Part shown: positions 1 through 9,110 of the stretch, piece after piece
Layout: each line of letters starts with the position of its first letter
Numbering within the stretch: the stretch's first letter is position 1
Made by a program: the position numbers and the translations under genes
Source: a virus
Lineage: Duplodnaviria > Caudoviricetes
Direction: 5' to 3' (one strand)
Virus record (IMG/VR): IMGVR_UViG_3300020042_000947
Location: 1-30,648 of that record
DNA: 30,648 nt
The notes under the pieces: generated by a model
Told to the model about the DNA's origin: nothing
The model's database searches: none
What the model saw: only the letters and a program-made list of their open reading frames with translations

Positions 1-2
1 AA

Positions 3-3000
3 GTGATCCAGCATAAATGCAATTGCGCTTTCACGAGAAGTCTTAGTCTCTTTGCTATCGCGGCCCCACAGATCATTCAAACCAATACGGGAACCAATGT
101 CGTAGCCAGTGATTGCGTTCAGTGGGCCACGGTCAACAATGTCGCTTACAGGTACGCCGCCGATCGTGACGTCACCCAACTTCTCAGGCAAGAACACAGT
201 GCGGAACCAAGTCTCAAAATCAAGGCCTTTAAGTTCTTCAGGCCAATCATCGTCAAGCCCTAACTGACCCCAAGCCCAACCCATTAGCCCCATGATAGGG
301 CTGAACAAAGCCATGTTTGCCGCACCAGCAAGAAGGAAAGAAGTGCCTGCCATACCAAAGAACTTAGTAGCTGCTTCTTTTTTGCCCTCTTTATTAAGGA
401 AGGGGAGCATCTTCTTAAAGTTAGTTAACAACAGCAGAGACATCTGCAGTGGATACGTCTTAAACTGGAACGCAATCTTACCGATACCCTGTTGCATAAA
501 GCGTGGGCGATTAGTAATGTCGTAGTTACCAAGCGCTTCGTTAGTAGAGTCAACTGCTTTTTGAACAGCGTCGTCGTAGCTAAGCCCTTGTTTCTTACCC
601 AAGCGATACGCAGCTAGGTACACCGCCTCACGGCTTAAGCGTTCTGTGTTGTGCATCAGAGCGCCGACCATCAAGTTTGCAAGACGCTTACCTTTACCTG
701 CAACACCTTCAAACTGTTCGGTGGACATGCTCTTGTAGCCCCACACCAAAGAGGCATAGGTAGACTCAGACACACCACGGGCTGTCATTTCACTGACGGC
801 CTTGCGCTCATCTTCAGGAATAGATTTGCTGTTAGCAATACTTGGCGCAGTGATAGAAGTTGTGCCGTCCACGTTAGTGCGGAACACACTGTATTGATTG
901 ACCAAGGTGGTCATCTTTGCGAGCTCAGTAGCCGCGCCTGTAGCGTTGTTGTAGTTACCAGCAAGCACGGGCAAGCCAGAAATGAATACGCTAGAAGGCT
1001 GAATCAAAGCCGACGCAGCAGAAGACAAGTACCAGAAATAAGATGCCTTGTTTGCAATTCCAGCAACAGACTCACTCAAAGAGCCATGATCGCCAGACAA
1101 CGCCATGTCAATACGTTTCTCAGCTTCTTGCACAAACGGAGACAACTCTTCGCGCTCAGTAATAGAATCGCGTGCAGACGACATTGATCTGCGGAGTAGC
1201 GGTGCGTACTTCAAGCGTGCCAACTGAATGGATTGCTTAGAAGCAGTAGTTGCAATGTTGCGCTGCAAGTCTGTGCTAAAACCAGCCCGACCTTTACGAT
1301 GCGTAAACTGCCTGCGGAATGATTGCTCTGGCATTGTGGTCAGATAGATTTGATAGATTGCGTCTTTCAAACCTTCTTTAGCCGAGGGGGAGCCCATGTC
1401 TTTGGCATCAATTGCTTCAAAGACTTTTTTAAGCATCTCACTAGAGTTCTGTGATGCGGCGCGTAATGTTTTTAAGTCATTACCCTGCACAAACTCTTGA
1501 CGGAACAATACATCTTCGTAGTCTTCTCCACGTTTTTCAGCCAACTCTTTGGCCTTTGCATTACGCTCTGCACGTGTTTCAAACAAATAGAATATACGTT
1601 GGTCGTCTTTGCCAATTGCCAGCCAGTAGTCGCCACGGCGCACCAATGGGAAGAAGGGCTTGATCCGTGCATCGGCTTCAAAAGTCTTACGCAAGACAGC
1701 CATCAGAGTTTTCTTCTCTTCCGGAGCCATGCCCGGGATGCTATTGATCTGCTCATCTAACAGGTCAGAGTACAACTCAATGATTGACTCGTAGTAGTCC
1801 CGCAACTGCTTGTACATACGCTGACCGACAGGGCCAAGCGCTTTGTAGTCGGCGGCAAGGGTAGTTGTTTTTGGTGCAGGCTTAGCACCCTTTTTAGTTT
1901 TTTTCTCTTTGCGCTCCACCTCTACTTCACGTGCATTTGGATCGGAAGGGTCAACCTCTGCCAACGTAGTAGCGTACACAAAGTCTGAAAACTTCTCGCG
2001 GCTAAGATTAGGGTCTTCTTTAAAACCACGATTAAGTGAACCAATAACTTGCTCGGCACCAGCTAAGAACTGCTGAGACATACCCAGCATACGTTGCAGT
2101 TGTGTGTTTGCTTGATTCAATGCAGGGATGCCAGCATCAGCGGCCCACTTAGCCAAGAAGTCAAACGTAGGTAGGCGTACTGTAGCCTGCAGTTTGGCGT
2201 ACCCTAGATCACTAGTTACGTTAGCTAAAATTTGGCGCACTGCTTTAGGGTCACGCAAATTCTGCATGAACCCAACGTTCTTAGCTTCTTCGCCTTCACG
2301 AGACAGACGCACTTTTTCTTTTGCGATCCTTACTTCTCTAGCCAACTGAAGCGCAGTACGTTTTGCTTTGAGGTCGGCTTCTTCGTCAAACTCAGGGGGA
2401 GTGAACTTACCCTTCTGTTGGAGTGCGCCACCTTTTGTATCAACTGGGGTTAACCTTGTGCCAAGCATCTTGTCGGTAATGTCGACCAGATCGGTAAACG
2501 CAGTAGCGTCACCTTGTTTAACACCAAACAGATCACGGATACTGTCAACAAATCCAGAGAAACCTGTGCCGCGCTTACCCTGCACGCTCATCAAGAACTT
2601 CTGGAACTGAGGGCTAGACATGCCATAAGCTAAGAACTCATGGGGGTCGGAGAACACACCAATAGATACTTTGCCCGTTCTGTCGCGGTCAGTAGTGCCT
2701 TCAATCATTTCTTGCACTTCTGGAGATAGCTCGCCAAACAGCACGCCTTCTTCATACGCTTCTTGCGTACGCTTCATCAGGCTTTCCATCTCACGCATAA
2801 ACTTCTGCAAGCTAGCGTTCTTAAACCCTTTGAATAGACCTGCGTCAATACGACTAGCCGTCGCTGCGTGCAGCAATTCGTGCAACACTGTTATAACGTT
2901 TATACCTTGTTGGTCTCCGAAGCTACTACCACGCACGTATATGGTACGTTCTTTAGATCCGGGTGTATAAACAAACAAACCACGCGCACCGCTTAGCTGA

Positions 3001-6000
3001 GCCGGTACTGGATCGCCCTTCTCAACAACCACAAACTTAACGTTGACTACAAAGTTACGGATGCGTTGAGCCACAAAACGCTGGAACAAATTACCAGTCT
3101 TAATAATGTGCGCAATCGCTTGTGAGCCGTTAGTTAGCCCGCTGAATCCTTTGTCGGCTTTAGCTACTTTTGCTTCAGAAGAACGTAGCTTTTTAGGGAT
3201 GTCCTTGGGGTCAATATCTTCCTCAAGCATCTGCTTGGCACGTTCACGTACCACCTTTGGCGCGGTAGGATCATTTGCAACTTCGCTAATATACATTGCT
3301 GCATTAGCTACACTGTCTTTTCCTACGGGTGAGTTGTACGTTTCAAGCGCCGACTCCAAAGCGTCAAGCTCTACTTTGTCTTCTCGGCTCAGTTCTTCAA
3401 CACCGTCTTTTGACGGAGCTTTAGGTGGTCGGCCTCGCCCCGTAGACTTAAGTGCTGCATCTAGTTTTTCTTGATTCTTAGCAATTAGTGCAGCATCGCC
3501 TTTATCTTTAGACCTTGCCAGATTAACAGCCGCAATAGCTTGCTTTTTATTTGCGTACGTTGCAGTTACTTCACCATCTGTAACGTGGTCAAACCCACCT
3601 TCGGAGTTTTCTGTAACTACGTGGCGTTGCTGAACAGGTGGCCGACCACGTTTACCTTTGCTTAATGCTCCGGCTGGTGGTGCTTCTTGTCCTTCTTGCG
3701 TTGTTTCGATGGTTTCAGAGGTTTGAGAGCCACTAGTAGTTCCTTTTAGTTTATTAACTTCATCATCAAATGCACGATCTGCTGCATCACGTAAAGCTTC
3801 AAAGTCTGGGTCATCTTTTAGCCCTTGCTCTAATAACGTATCTACAACATTTTGGCGGTAGTCATCAACTGCCAAATTAATATCGCCACCGTAATCAGGA
3901 TCATTTGCTTGGTCAAAAGCAGCACGTGCATTAGTTCGGGCAATACCTTCAACTTTTGTTTTATTAGTTTGAAAGGTTTCTGCTCTAGCTTTATCCGCAA
4001 ATTCTTGGTCTTGTGCTTTTTCTAACTTTGCCGTTTCTTCGTAGGAGGGGCGTCGTTGGTTAGGTATATCGCGGATAGCGTTAGCAAAATCTGTATCACC
4101 CGCTTGTTCGTAACGGTCAGCAACACGTTTGATACGAGCGTCAGTGTCGTTGTATGCAGGGGCTGTTGGGTCGTCTTTGATACGCTCGGCGTATGCGGCT
4201 TCAGACGTAGTATCTGTTTTTGGTGGGGTAGATTTTGCAGGGGTAACTATTGTGTTGCTTGCAAATGACGATTTATTATTTCGTTGCGCCACCAATTGCT
4301 CATCAGTGTTTGCAGCCGCTCTAGAAGGCGGAAGTAAAACGGGGTCGTTACCTTCTACACTAGACACAACTGTCCAGCCGCCATCCATACGCACTACTTT
4401 ATATTGCGCGCTTGCCCTTGTAAATAATCTATTACCTTCTAGGTCTGTATCGGTTTCGTCATAGGTGACTGTGTATATTTTACCGGGGGCACTAGCGCCT
4501 TCTTTTGTTTTGGCGCGTAATTCTTCAAAGGGAAGACTTTGTGTTTCTGCTGCGCTTTTCTTATCTAGCTCTTCTTCCGCCGCTAATGCAGCCTGCTGTG
4601 TTCTTTCTCCAGCAGTAGCTCCTGTAGCATCCTGTCCAGTAGAAACCACTCCACTTGTGTCAACTCCAGCAGTTCCTCCGGCGGGGGGTTCTGCACTGGG
4701 CTGTCCAGCCACGCTAACGCTTTCTCCACTTGGAGTACTGATAGGTTCAGCAACATTTGCTGTTCCTCCTGTTTCTGTCTGCGCAAGCTCATCTGCTTGT
4801 GCCTCCTCTCGGGCTAAGTTTTGGGCGTCAATCTTTGCCTGTTGTGGTGGAACTCCAACCGCAATCAGTTCTTGCGTAATCTGTTCAACACGACCTGCAG
4901 GTATCTTAATAGCAGCAGTCTTAGCTTCGGCCTTTAACTCTGCATCGACTTTGCGTGCGGCAATATTTCCAGCGTTTTCTGCGGGTATACCTTGTTGGAT
5001 ATAAACTTTGGTAAGCGCATCAATCCGCTCGGCACGGACTTGTTCAGGAGTTCCAGCAGGTAGCTCACCTTTTTTCTCAGCCGCAAGCTCGGCGTTAATA
5101 GTAGCTTCTTGCTCAGCCATCCGAGCGTCACGCAAGTTAGAGCGTGCTTCAATAGGGGCAGTTACGCCTTCTGCTATGGCTTCAAGTAACACGTCGGCGG
5201 GTTTGTTTTCGCCCGTAGCTGTTTGTGCGGCAAGTTCACCACCCGCACCGCCACCCATTTGTAAGGCAAGCTCTTTACCCCACGCCGCCATCGTAGCTTT
5301 TTTAGCCGCAGTACCAGCAAGTTTGCCTTCGGCAATAAGAGCCTGTGCGGGCTTCAAGAATCTACCAGCCATGCCCATAGACAGAGCATCAAACGCACCA
5401 ATAATCAAACCACGCTTAGCACCTTTTTCTTTGATCTCGTCCATGATCTTGGGGTTAGACAAGGCTCTGGATATTGCGTTTGCGTCCAGCATGTTGACGC
5501 CTTTGTCTTGCAAGACATCAGCCATGACCGAGCCGTATTCAATACCGCCAGAACTAAGACCAGCCGCAGTTGAACGCGCCACAACCCCAGCGGGGCCGAG
5601 CACTAGGGAAGGAACCATGCCGGGCAAAGATACAGCCAAAGATTCCACCAACATCGTAAATGTTGCGCGTGGGTTAGAAGCCAGAGCAGTAATAGCTTCA
5701 CCGTATGTTTCGGAGTTACCAATTTCTTCCATACCCGCACGAATAGCTTGTGATGGGGCTGCGGCGGATCTTTGTTTTGCGTTGCGTGCCAATACACGTC
5801 CGGCAGCATCTGCGTCGGTTACGCCTGTCTGAAATAAATAACTTGTGGCTATGTCCCCTAGGCTTGCGTCTACGCGCTTAAACATATTGCCGGTTGCTTC
5901 GGTGGTGTACTGGTAAGGAGACTCAGTAAATTTAGTTTCGGGCGTAGCTTTAATTTCGCCAGCGGGTTCGGCCCTAGCGCGGGGTGGCGCAGGTGTAGCC

Positions 6001-6467
6001 ATTGGTGCTTGCTGTTTGAAGTAAGGACTACCTCGCTGCTGCCCGTGCTTAATTACGTCTTCAAACTTAACGCCCATGCTTTGAAGAGATTGTTTTAATT
6101 TCTCTTGGTTAGCACCTTCTTCAAGGAGGTTGACGGCATCGTCAAGCATCTCCAACCGATTTTTATATGGAGCGCGTTTAGGTGGCTCAGGTTCTTTTGC
6201 TACTATGGGTGCAGGTTTGGTTTCTTCTGCACTAGTTCCCATTGGCAGACCAACGTTAAACTCACTAGACAACGCAGATGGCGCAGGTTTCTGTGCCACA
6301 GGCGCAGGTTTAGCTACCGGGGTGTCATCTACTAGCCATTCGCTACCTACCAAGTACGCTTTAGCGCCAGCTTTATTTGTAGCTGTTCGGGCAATTGGTT
6401 GCCATTCGCCGCCGACCAAGGCGACACGCTCCCCCGTCTGGGGATTGGTAGCTGTTTGAATTGCCAT
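3..6467 (-). CDS. Giant (>2,150 aa, 3'-truncated by window edge) polyvalent virion/ejection protein with zincin HExxH domain, PLxRFG-like motif and AT-hooks
   Basis: ATG at 6465-6467 gives MAIQTATNPQTGERVALVGGEWQP. Spot translations in the same frame give VLHELLHAAT (HELLH at 2868-2882), SDPHEFLAYGMSSPQFQKFL (~2590-2650), PFFPLVRRGDYWL (~1620-1658) and ...ETKTSRESAIAFMLDH at the edge. The ORF track has no stop-terminated ORF in this frame, consistent with it being open off the window edge. Confidence 0.9.
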   Translation of the reverse strand, partial: MAIQTATNPQTGERVALVGGEWQPIARTATNKAGAKAYLVGSEWLVDDTPVAKPAPVAQKPAPSALSSEFNVGLPMGTSAEETKPAPIVAKEPEPPKRAPYKNRLEMLDDAVNLLEEGANQEKLKQSLQSMGVKFEDVIKHGQQRGSPYFKQQAPMATPAPPRARAEPAGEIKATPETKFTESPYQYTTEATGNMFKRVDASLGDIATSYLFQTGVTDADAAGRVLARNAKQRSAAAPSQAIRAGMEEIGNSETYGEAITALASNPRATFTMLVESLAVSLPGMVPSLVLGPAGVVARSTAAGLSSGGIEYGSVMADVLQDKGVNMLDANAISRALSNPKIMDEIKEKGAKRGLIIGAFDALSMGMAGRFLKPAQALIAEGKLAGTAAKKATMAAWGKELALQMGGGAGGELAAQTATGENKPADVLLEAIAEGVTAPIEARSNLRDARMAEQEATINAELAAEKKGELPAGTPEQVRAERIDALTKVYIQQGIPAENAGNIAARKVDAELKAEAKTAAIKIPAGRVEQITQELIAVGVPPQQAKIDAQNLAREEAQADELAQTETGGTANVAEPISTPSGESVSVAGQPSAEPPAGGTAGVDTSGVVSTGQDATGATAGERTQQAALAAEEELDKKSAAETQSLPFEELRAKTKEGASAPGKIYTVTYDETDTDLEGNRLFTRASAQYKVVRMDGGWTVVSSVEGNDPVLLPPSRAAANTDEQLVAQRNNKSSFASNTIVTPAKSTPPKTDTTSEAAYAERIKDDPTAPAYNDTDARIKRVADRYEQAGDTDFANAIRDIPNQRRPSYEETAKLEKAQDQEFADKARAETFQTNKTKVEGIARTNARAAFDQANDPDYGGDINLAVDDYRQNVVDTLLEQGLKDDPDFEALRDAADRAFDDEVNKLKGTTSGSQTSETIETTQEGQEAPPAGALSKGKRGRPPVQQRHVVTENSEGGFDHVTDGEVTATYANKKQAIAAVNLARSKDKGDAALIAKNQEKLDAALKSTGRGRPPKAPSKDGVEELSREDKVELDALESALETYNSPVGKDSVANAAMYISEVANDPTAPKVVRERAKQMLEEDIDPKDIPKKLRSSEAKVAKADKGFSGLTNGSQAIAHIIKTGNLFQRFVAQRIRNFVVNVKFVVVEKGDPVPAQLSGARGLFVYTPGSKERTIYVRGSSFGDQQGINVITVLHELLHAATASRIDAGLFKGFKNASLQKFMREMESLMKRTQEAYEEGVLFGELSPEVQEMIEGTTDRDRTGKVSIGVFSDPHEFLAYGMSSPQFQKFLMSVQGKRGTGFSGFVDSIRDLFGVKQGDATAFTDLVDITDKMLGTRLTPVDTKGGALQQKGKFTPPEFDEEADLKAKRTALQLAREVRIAKEKVRLSREGEEAKNVGFMQNLRDPKAVRQILANVTSDLGYAKLQATVRLPTFDFLAKWAADAGIPALNQANTQLQRMLGMSQQFLAGAEQVIGSLNRGFKEDPNLSREKFSDFVYATTLAEVDPSDPNAREVEVERKEKKTKKGAKPAPKTTTLAADYKALGPVGQRMYKQLRDYYESIIELYSDLLDEQINSIPGMAPEEKKTLMAVLRKTFEADARIKPFFPLVRRGDYWLAIGKDDQRIFYLFETRAERNAKAKELAEKRGEDYEDVLFRQEFVQGNDLKTLRAASQNSSEMLKKVFEAIDAKDMGSPSAKEGLKDAIYQIYLTTMPEQSFRRQFTHRKGRAGFSTDLQRNIATTASKQSIQLARLKYAPLLRRSMSSARDSITEREELSPFVQEAEKRIDMALSGDHGSLSESVAGIANKASYFWYLSSAASALIQPSSVFISGLPVLAGNYNNATGAATELAKMTTLVNQYSVFRTNVDGTTSITAPSIANSKSIPEDERKAVSEMTARGVSESTYASLVWGYKSMSTEQFEGVAGKGKRLANLMVGALMHNTERLSREAVYLAAYRLGKKQGLSYDDAVQKAVDSTNEALGNYDITNRPRFMQQGIGKIAFQFKTYPLQMSLLLLTNFKKMLPFLNKEGKKEAATKFFGMAGTSFLLAGAANMALFSPIMGLMGWAWGQLGLDDDWPEELKGLDFETWFRTVFLPEKLGDVTIGGVPVSDIVDRGPLNAITGYDIGSRIGLNDLWGRDSKETKTSRESAIAFMLDH
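3662..3733 (-). CDS. Candidate nested out-of-frame 23-aa basic peptide (MALKPLKPSKQRKKDKKHHQPEH)
   Basis: AAAGGA SD (3741-3746), 7-nt spacer, GTG start and TAA stop. It is in the same alternative frame as the nested ORF at 4583-4756. Confidence 0.3.
   Translation of the reverse strand: MALKPLKPSKQRKKDKKHHQPEH
4583..4756 (-). CDS. Candidate nested out-of-frame 57-aa helical protein (MLLNLSVLQVEKALAWLDSPVQNPPPEELLELTQVEWFLLDRMLQELLLEKEHSRLH)
   Basis: Strong SD AGGAGGA (4764-4770) 7 nt before ATG. The product looks amphipathic and helical, while the main frame here is a low-complexity linker. Confidence 0.55.
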   Translation of the reverse strand: MLLNLSVLQVEKALAWLDSPVQNPPPEELLELTQVEWFLLDRMLQELLLEKEHSRLH

Positions 6468-6472
6468 ATTTC

Positions 6473-8002
6473 TTAGCCATTATCAGGTAGGAACCCAGCG
6501 GGTGGTGCTGGCATTGTGCCAGTATTTCGGGGTTTTGTGCTACCCCCGCCGCCTGCGGCAGCTTCTGATCTTGTGAAGATTTCGCGCTGTTTTTTCTCTT
6601 CAGCATCCCAAAGCCGTTTCATTTCGGTCTTGTCGCCTTTACGCTCCGCCGCTGAATATGCTCTGTTCATAATTGGGAAGTTCTTCATAGCGTCAGCAAC
6701 CTTGGCGTCAATACGTTCTTGTACAGGTGCCAAAGTTGCAGCTTGTTTGTTAGGCGCATTCTCACTTGTAGAGAACGAAGTCTTTAACTGAGCTGCTGTT
6801 ATGTCACTAGCCTGCTTGCGTACCCGCGCATCAAACGCTTCAGGGCTCTCACCTTCTTTTGGCTTCAGCGTTGTCTTTAAGTAGTCTATGTTGCTTTGAA
6901 GCACTTGCTCTTGCCATTTAGGGCCAGAACCCGCGCCTTTATTAGCCTGTCGGTTATAGCCAATAGTACGTGCTGAGATATCCGCAGCATAGCGAAGCTT
7001 ATCACCCTCGGCTCTATTTGCATCTTGTTGGAATTTACGAGCCTCTGCCAAAGCAGCTTGAGCGCCACGAGCATCCCCCATACGTTCTTTACGCTGAGCA
7101 TCCTTAAGCAAAAACTGCGCCCTTGCGTTAGCAGTTTTTGCGGCTTGGTCAAGTTTCTCAACCTCATTTATTGCACTGCCATATGCTGGCAACGCCTCAC
7201 TAGCACCTTCTGCTAGATTACGACCTTTAAGAATTTTTCCAGCGGCAGTGAAATACGCACCGGCCTCACCAACTCGTCTTGCTTTGGCTCTGTCGGCTTC
7301 ATCCTGCGCACCGCGAGCAATTTCTGGAGCATATATGTCTTCTCCTCCAGCTTTTTTTACACGCGCCATGTATCTGTCTAAGAACGCTTCTTGTTCCGCA
7401 GCAGTCATTTCTTTAGGTACAAAGCTCATGTACTTATTAAGCGCTTCATCTGCTCTGCCTATTGCCGTTGAGTCCGCTGCGCCACCCCATCCGGGTTCTT
7501 GTTCAGTGCCGTAATCCGCACGTCGCTTGTCATCCGCAATTGCGTCAAGAATTCTTTGTGTGGGGTCTTCTACTTGCTGATTACCAGAGGCTCCGCTAAA
7601 CGCAATAATGCCGCCTTCAGCATAGTCTTCTTCGGGGGTGTACATACCAGCCAAACCGCCAGAAGCGGCTTGCATAGTGGGCTGTGGCATTGGAGCTCGT
7701 TGTTGTGGAGCTTGGCCTTGTGGCATACCTTGACCACCCATTGCACCGGGCACCATTGCGCCTAGACCTTGCATCATAGGATTAGGGGCTAAGTTTTGCG
7801 CAACGATAGAGGGGGACGAAGTTGGCTGTTGTGCTTGACCCGCCATGTCCATCATGTCGGCTTCTTTAACCAAACGCAATGCGTTCAATGCAGTATAAGA
7901 GTCTAACTTGGGGTCAGGACTTTGGCCCATTACCGCAGCACGGAGCATGTCGGGTTGTTTTCTATACCGTGCGGCATAGACAGATGCCATATCAATTGCC
8001 AT
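6473..8002 (-). CDS. Putative internal virion/DNA ejection protein (509 aa, helical, Ala/Gln/Lys-rich)
   Basis: Long ORF with AAGGA SD, positioned between a pilot-like protein and the giant protein. Carries AASGG and YAEGG motifs after a Pro/Gln/Met-rich N-terminal segment. Confidence 0.75.
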   Translation of the reverse strand: MAIDMASVYAARYRKQPDMLRAAVMGQSPDPKLDSYTALNALRLVKEADMMDMAGQAQQPTSSPSIVAQNLAPNPMMQGLGAMVPGAMGGQGMPQGQAPQQRAPMPQPTMQAASGGLAGMYTPEEDYAEGGIIAFSGASGNQQVEDPTQRILDAIADDKRRADYGTEQEPGWGGAADSTAIGRADEALNKYMSFVPKEMTAAEQEAFLDRYMARVKKAGGEDIYAPEIARGAQDEADRAKARRVGEAGAYFTAAGKILKGRNLAEGASEALPAYGSAINEVEKLDQAAKTANARAQFLLKDAQRKERMGDARGAQAALAEARKFQQDANRAEGDKLRYAADISARTIGYNRQANKGAGSGPKWQEQVLQSNIDYLKTTLKPKEGESPEAFDARVRKQASDITAAQLKTSFSTSENAPNKQAATLAPVQERIDAKVADAMKNFPIMNRAYSAAERKGDKTEMKRLWDAEEKKQREIFTRSEAAAGGGGSTKPRNTGTMPAPPAGFLPDNG

Positions 8003-8012
8003 GATATTTTCC

Positions 8013-9101
8013 TTAGACCAAGTTGTTCAGAGCAAGTGCGCCGAGACCGCCGCCGTTAGACATAGCCACGCCACCGTTAGCGCCACCCCATAGTTTACTG
8101 ACACCCGCCGCGCCAAGACCTAACGAAGCAATATTTTGTGCAGTGGAAGGAGGGGCTTGGTACACAGTAGAACCTGTAGCACTCAATGGTACACCACGAA
8201 TAATGTCCGACATAAAGCTAAGTTGCTTGTATGGATAGTTTTGCGCAGACATAAAGTCACCGTACTTGGTGTCAATATCTTTTTGCATCTGTGCTTGTTG
8301 TTGCAGGCCGTATTGGTTTTGCAACGCATTGATACCCATGTTTTGTTGGTACTGCATACCACCCAAAGTACCAAGGTTCTGAGCAGCTTGAAGGCCAGTC
8401 TGTAAACCTTGAAGGCCAAGACCCGCACCAAACTGACCTTGTTGAGCGTTCAACTGAGCCGCCGCTTGCTTTTGAGCTTGCTCTTGGTTGAACTGTTGCT
8501 GTGCTTGCGTATAAGCATTCTGTAGTCCAGTAGCCGCAATATCGCCTTTTTGACGGGCTAAATTACCCGCCATCTGGCTACGCATTAAATAGTCACCGCT
8601 ACCACCAAAAGCACCAGCACGAGCAGCTTGAGCGCCTTGAGTTTGACGAGCAATGTCAGCCTGACGCTGAGCGTCGGCTTGTTGTCTTGCAACAACTTCA
8701 CCCATATAGGGAGACATGTACTGACTAGAGGTGCCTGTACCGGGTACAAATTTACCAGTAGCTTGATCGTACGACCCTTGCGTGCCGCCAGTAAAAGACT
8801 GTGGGTCTAGTGGGTTATAAGTAAAGCTGGTGTTCATCGCACCAAGGCCAGCCAAACCCGCCATAGCAGTTGCATCTTGCAACTGGGGTTGAGTCTGCAT
8901 TAAAGCCGCATTTTCATACGACATTTGCTGCAGTGGGGAGAACTGTGCAACACGCTCACCCTGATACTGCATGTACGGGTTGTATTCAACGTCAGTCAGC
9001 GCTTGCGCTTGACCTAGTAAGCTTTCTGCATAGGGTGCAACTTCCGGCGCAAAGCCGTAGTTTGTTTGCGTAATTTGTGTTGGGGTCGAGCTTGTAGCCA
9101 T
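8013..9101 (-). CDS. Putative DNA pilot/ejection protein (362 aa, Gln/Ala/Gly-rich)
   Basis: Q/A/G-rich coiled-coil composition, 'YMSPY...V' and 'AGAFGGS' motifs and a hydrophobic Gly-rich C-terminus typical of podophage ejection proteins. AAGGA SD present. Confidence 0.75.
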   Translation of the reverse strand: MATSSTPTQITQTNYGFAPEVAPYAESLLGQAQALTDVEYNPYMQYQGERVAQFSPLQQMSYENAALMQTQPQLQDATAMAGLAGLGAMNTSFTYNPLDPQSFTGGTQGSYDQATGKFVPGTGTSSQYMSPYMGEVVARQQADAQRQADIARQTQGAQAARAGAFGGSGDYLMRSQMAGNLARQKGDIAATGLQNAYTQAQQQFNQEQAQKQAAAQLNAQQGQFGAGLGLQGLQTGLQAAQNLGTLGGMQYQQNMGINALQNQYGLQQQAQMQKDIDTKYGDFMSAQNYPYKQLSFMSDIIRGVPLSATGSTVYQAPPSTAQNIASLGLGAAGVSKLWGGANGGVAMSNGGGLGALALNNLV

Positions 9102-9110
9102 GTCTATTCC

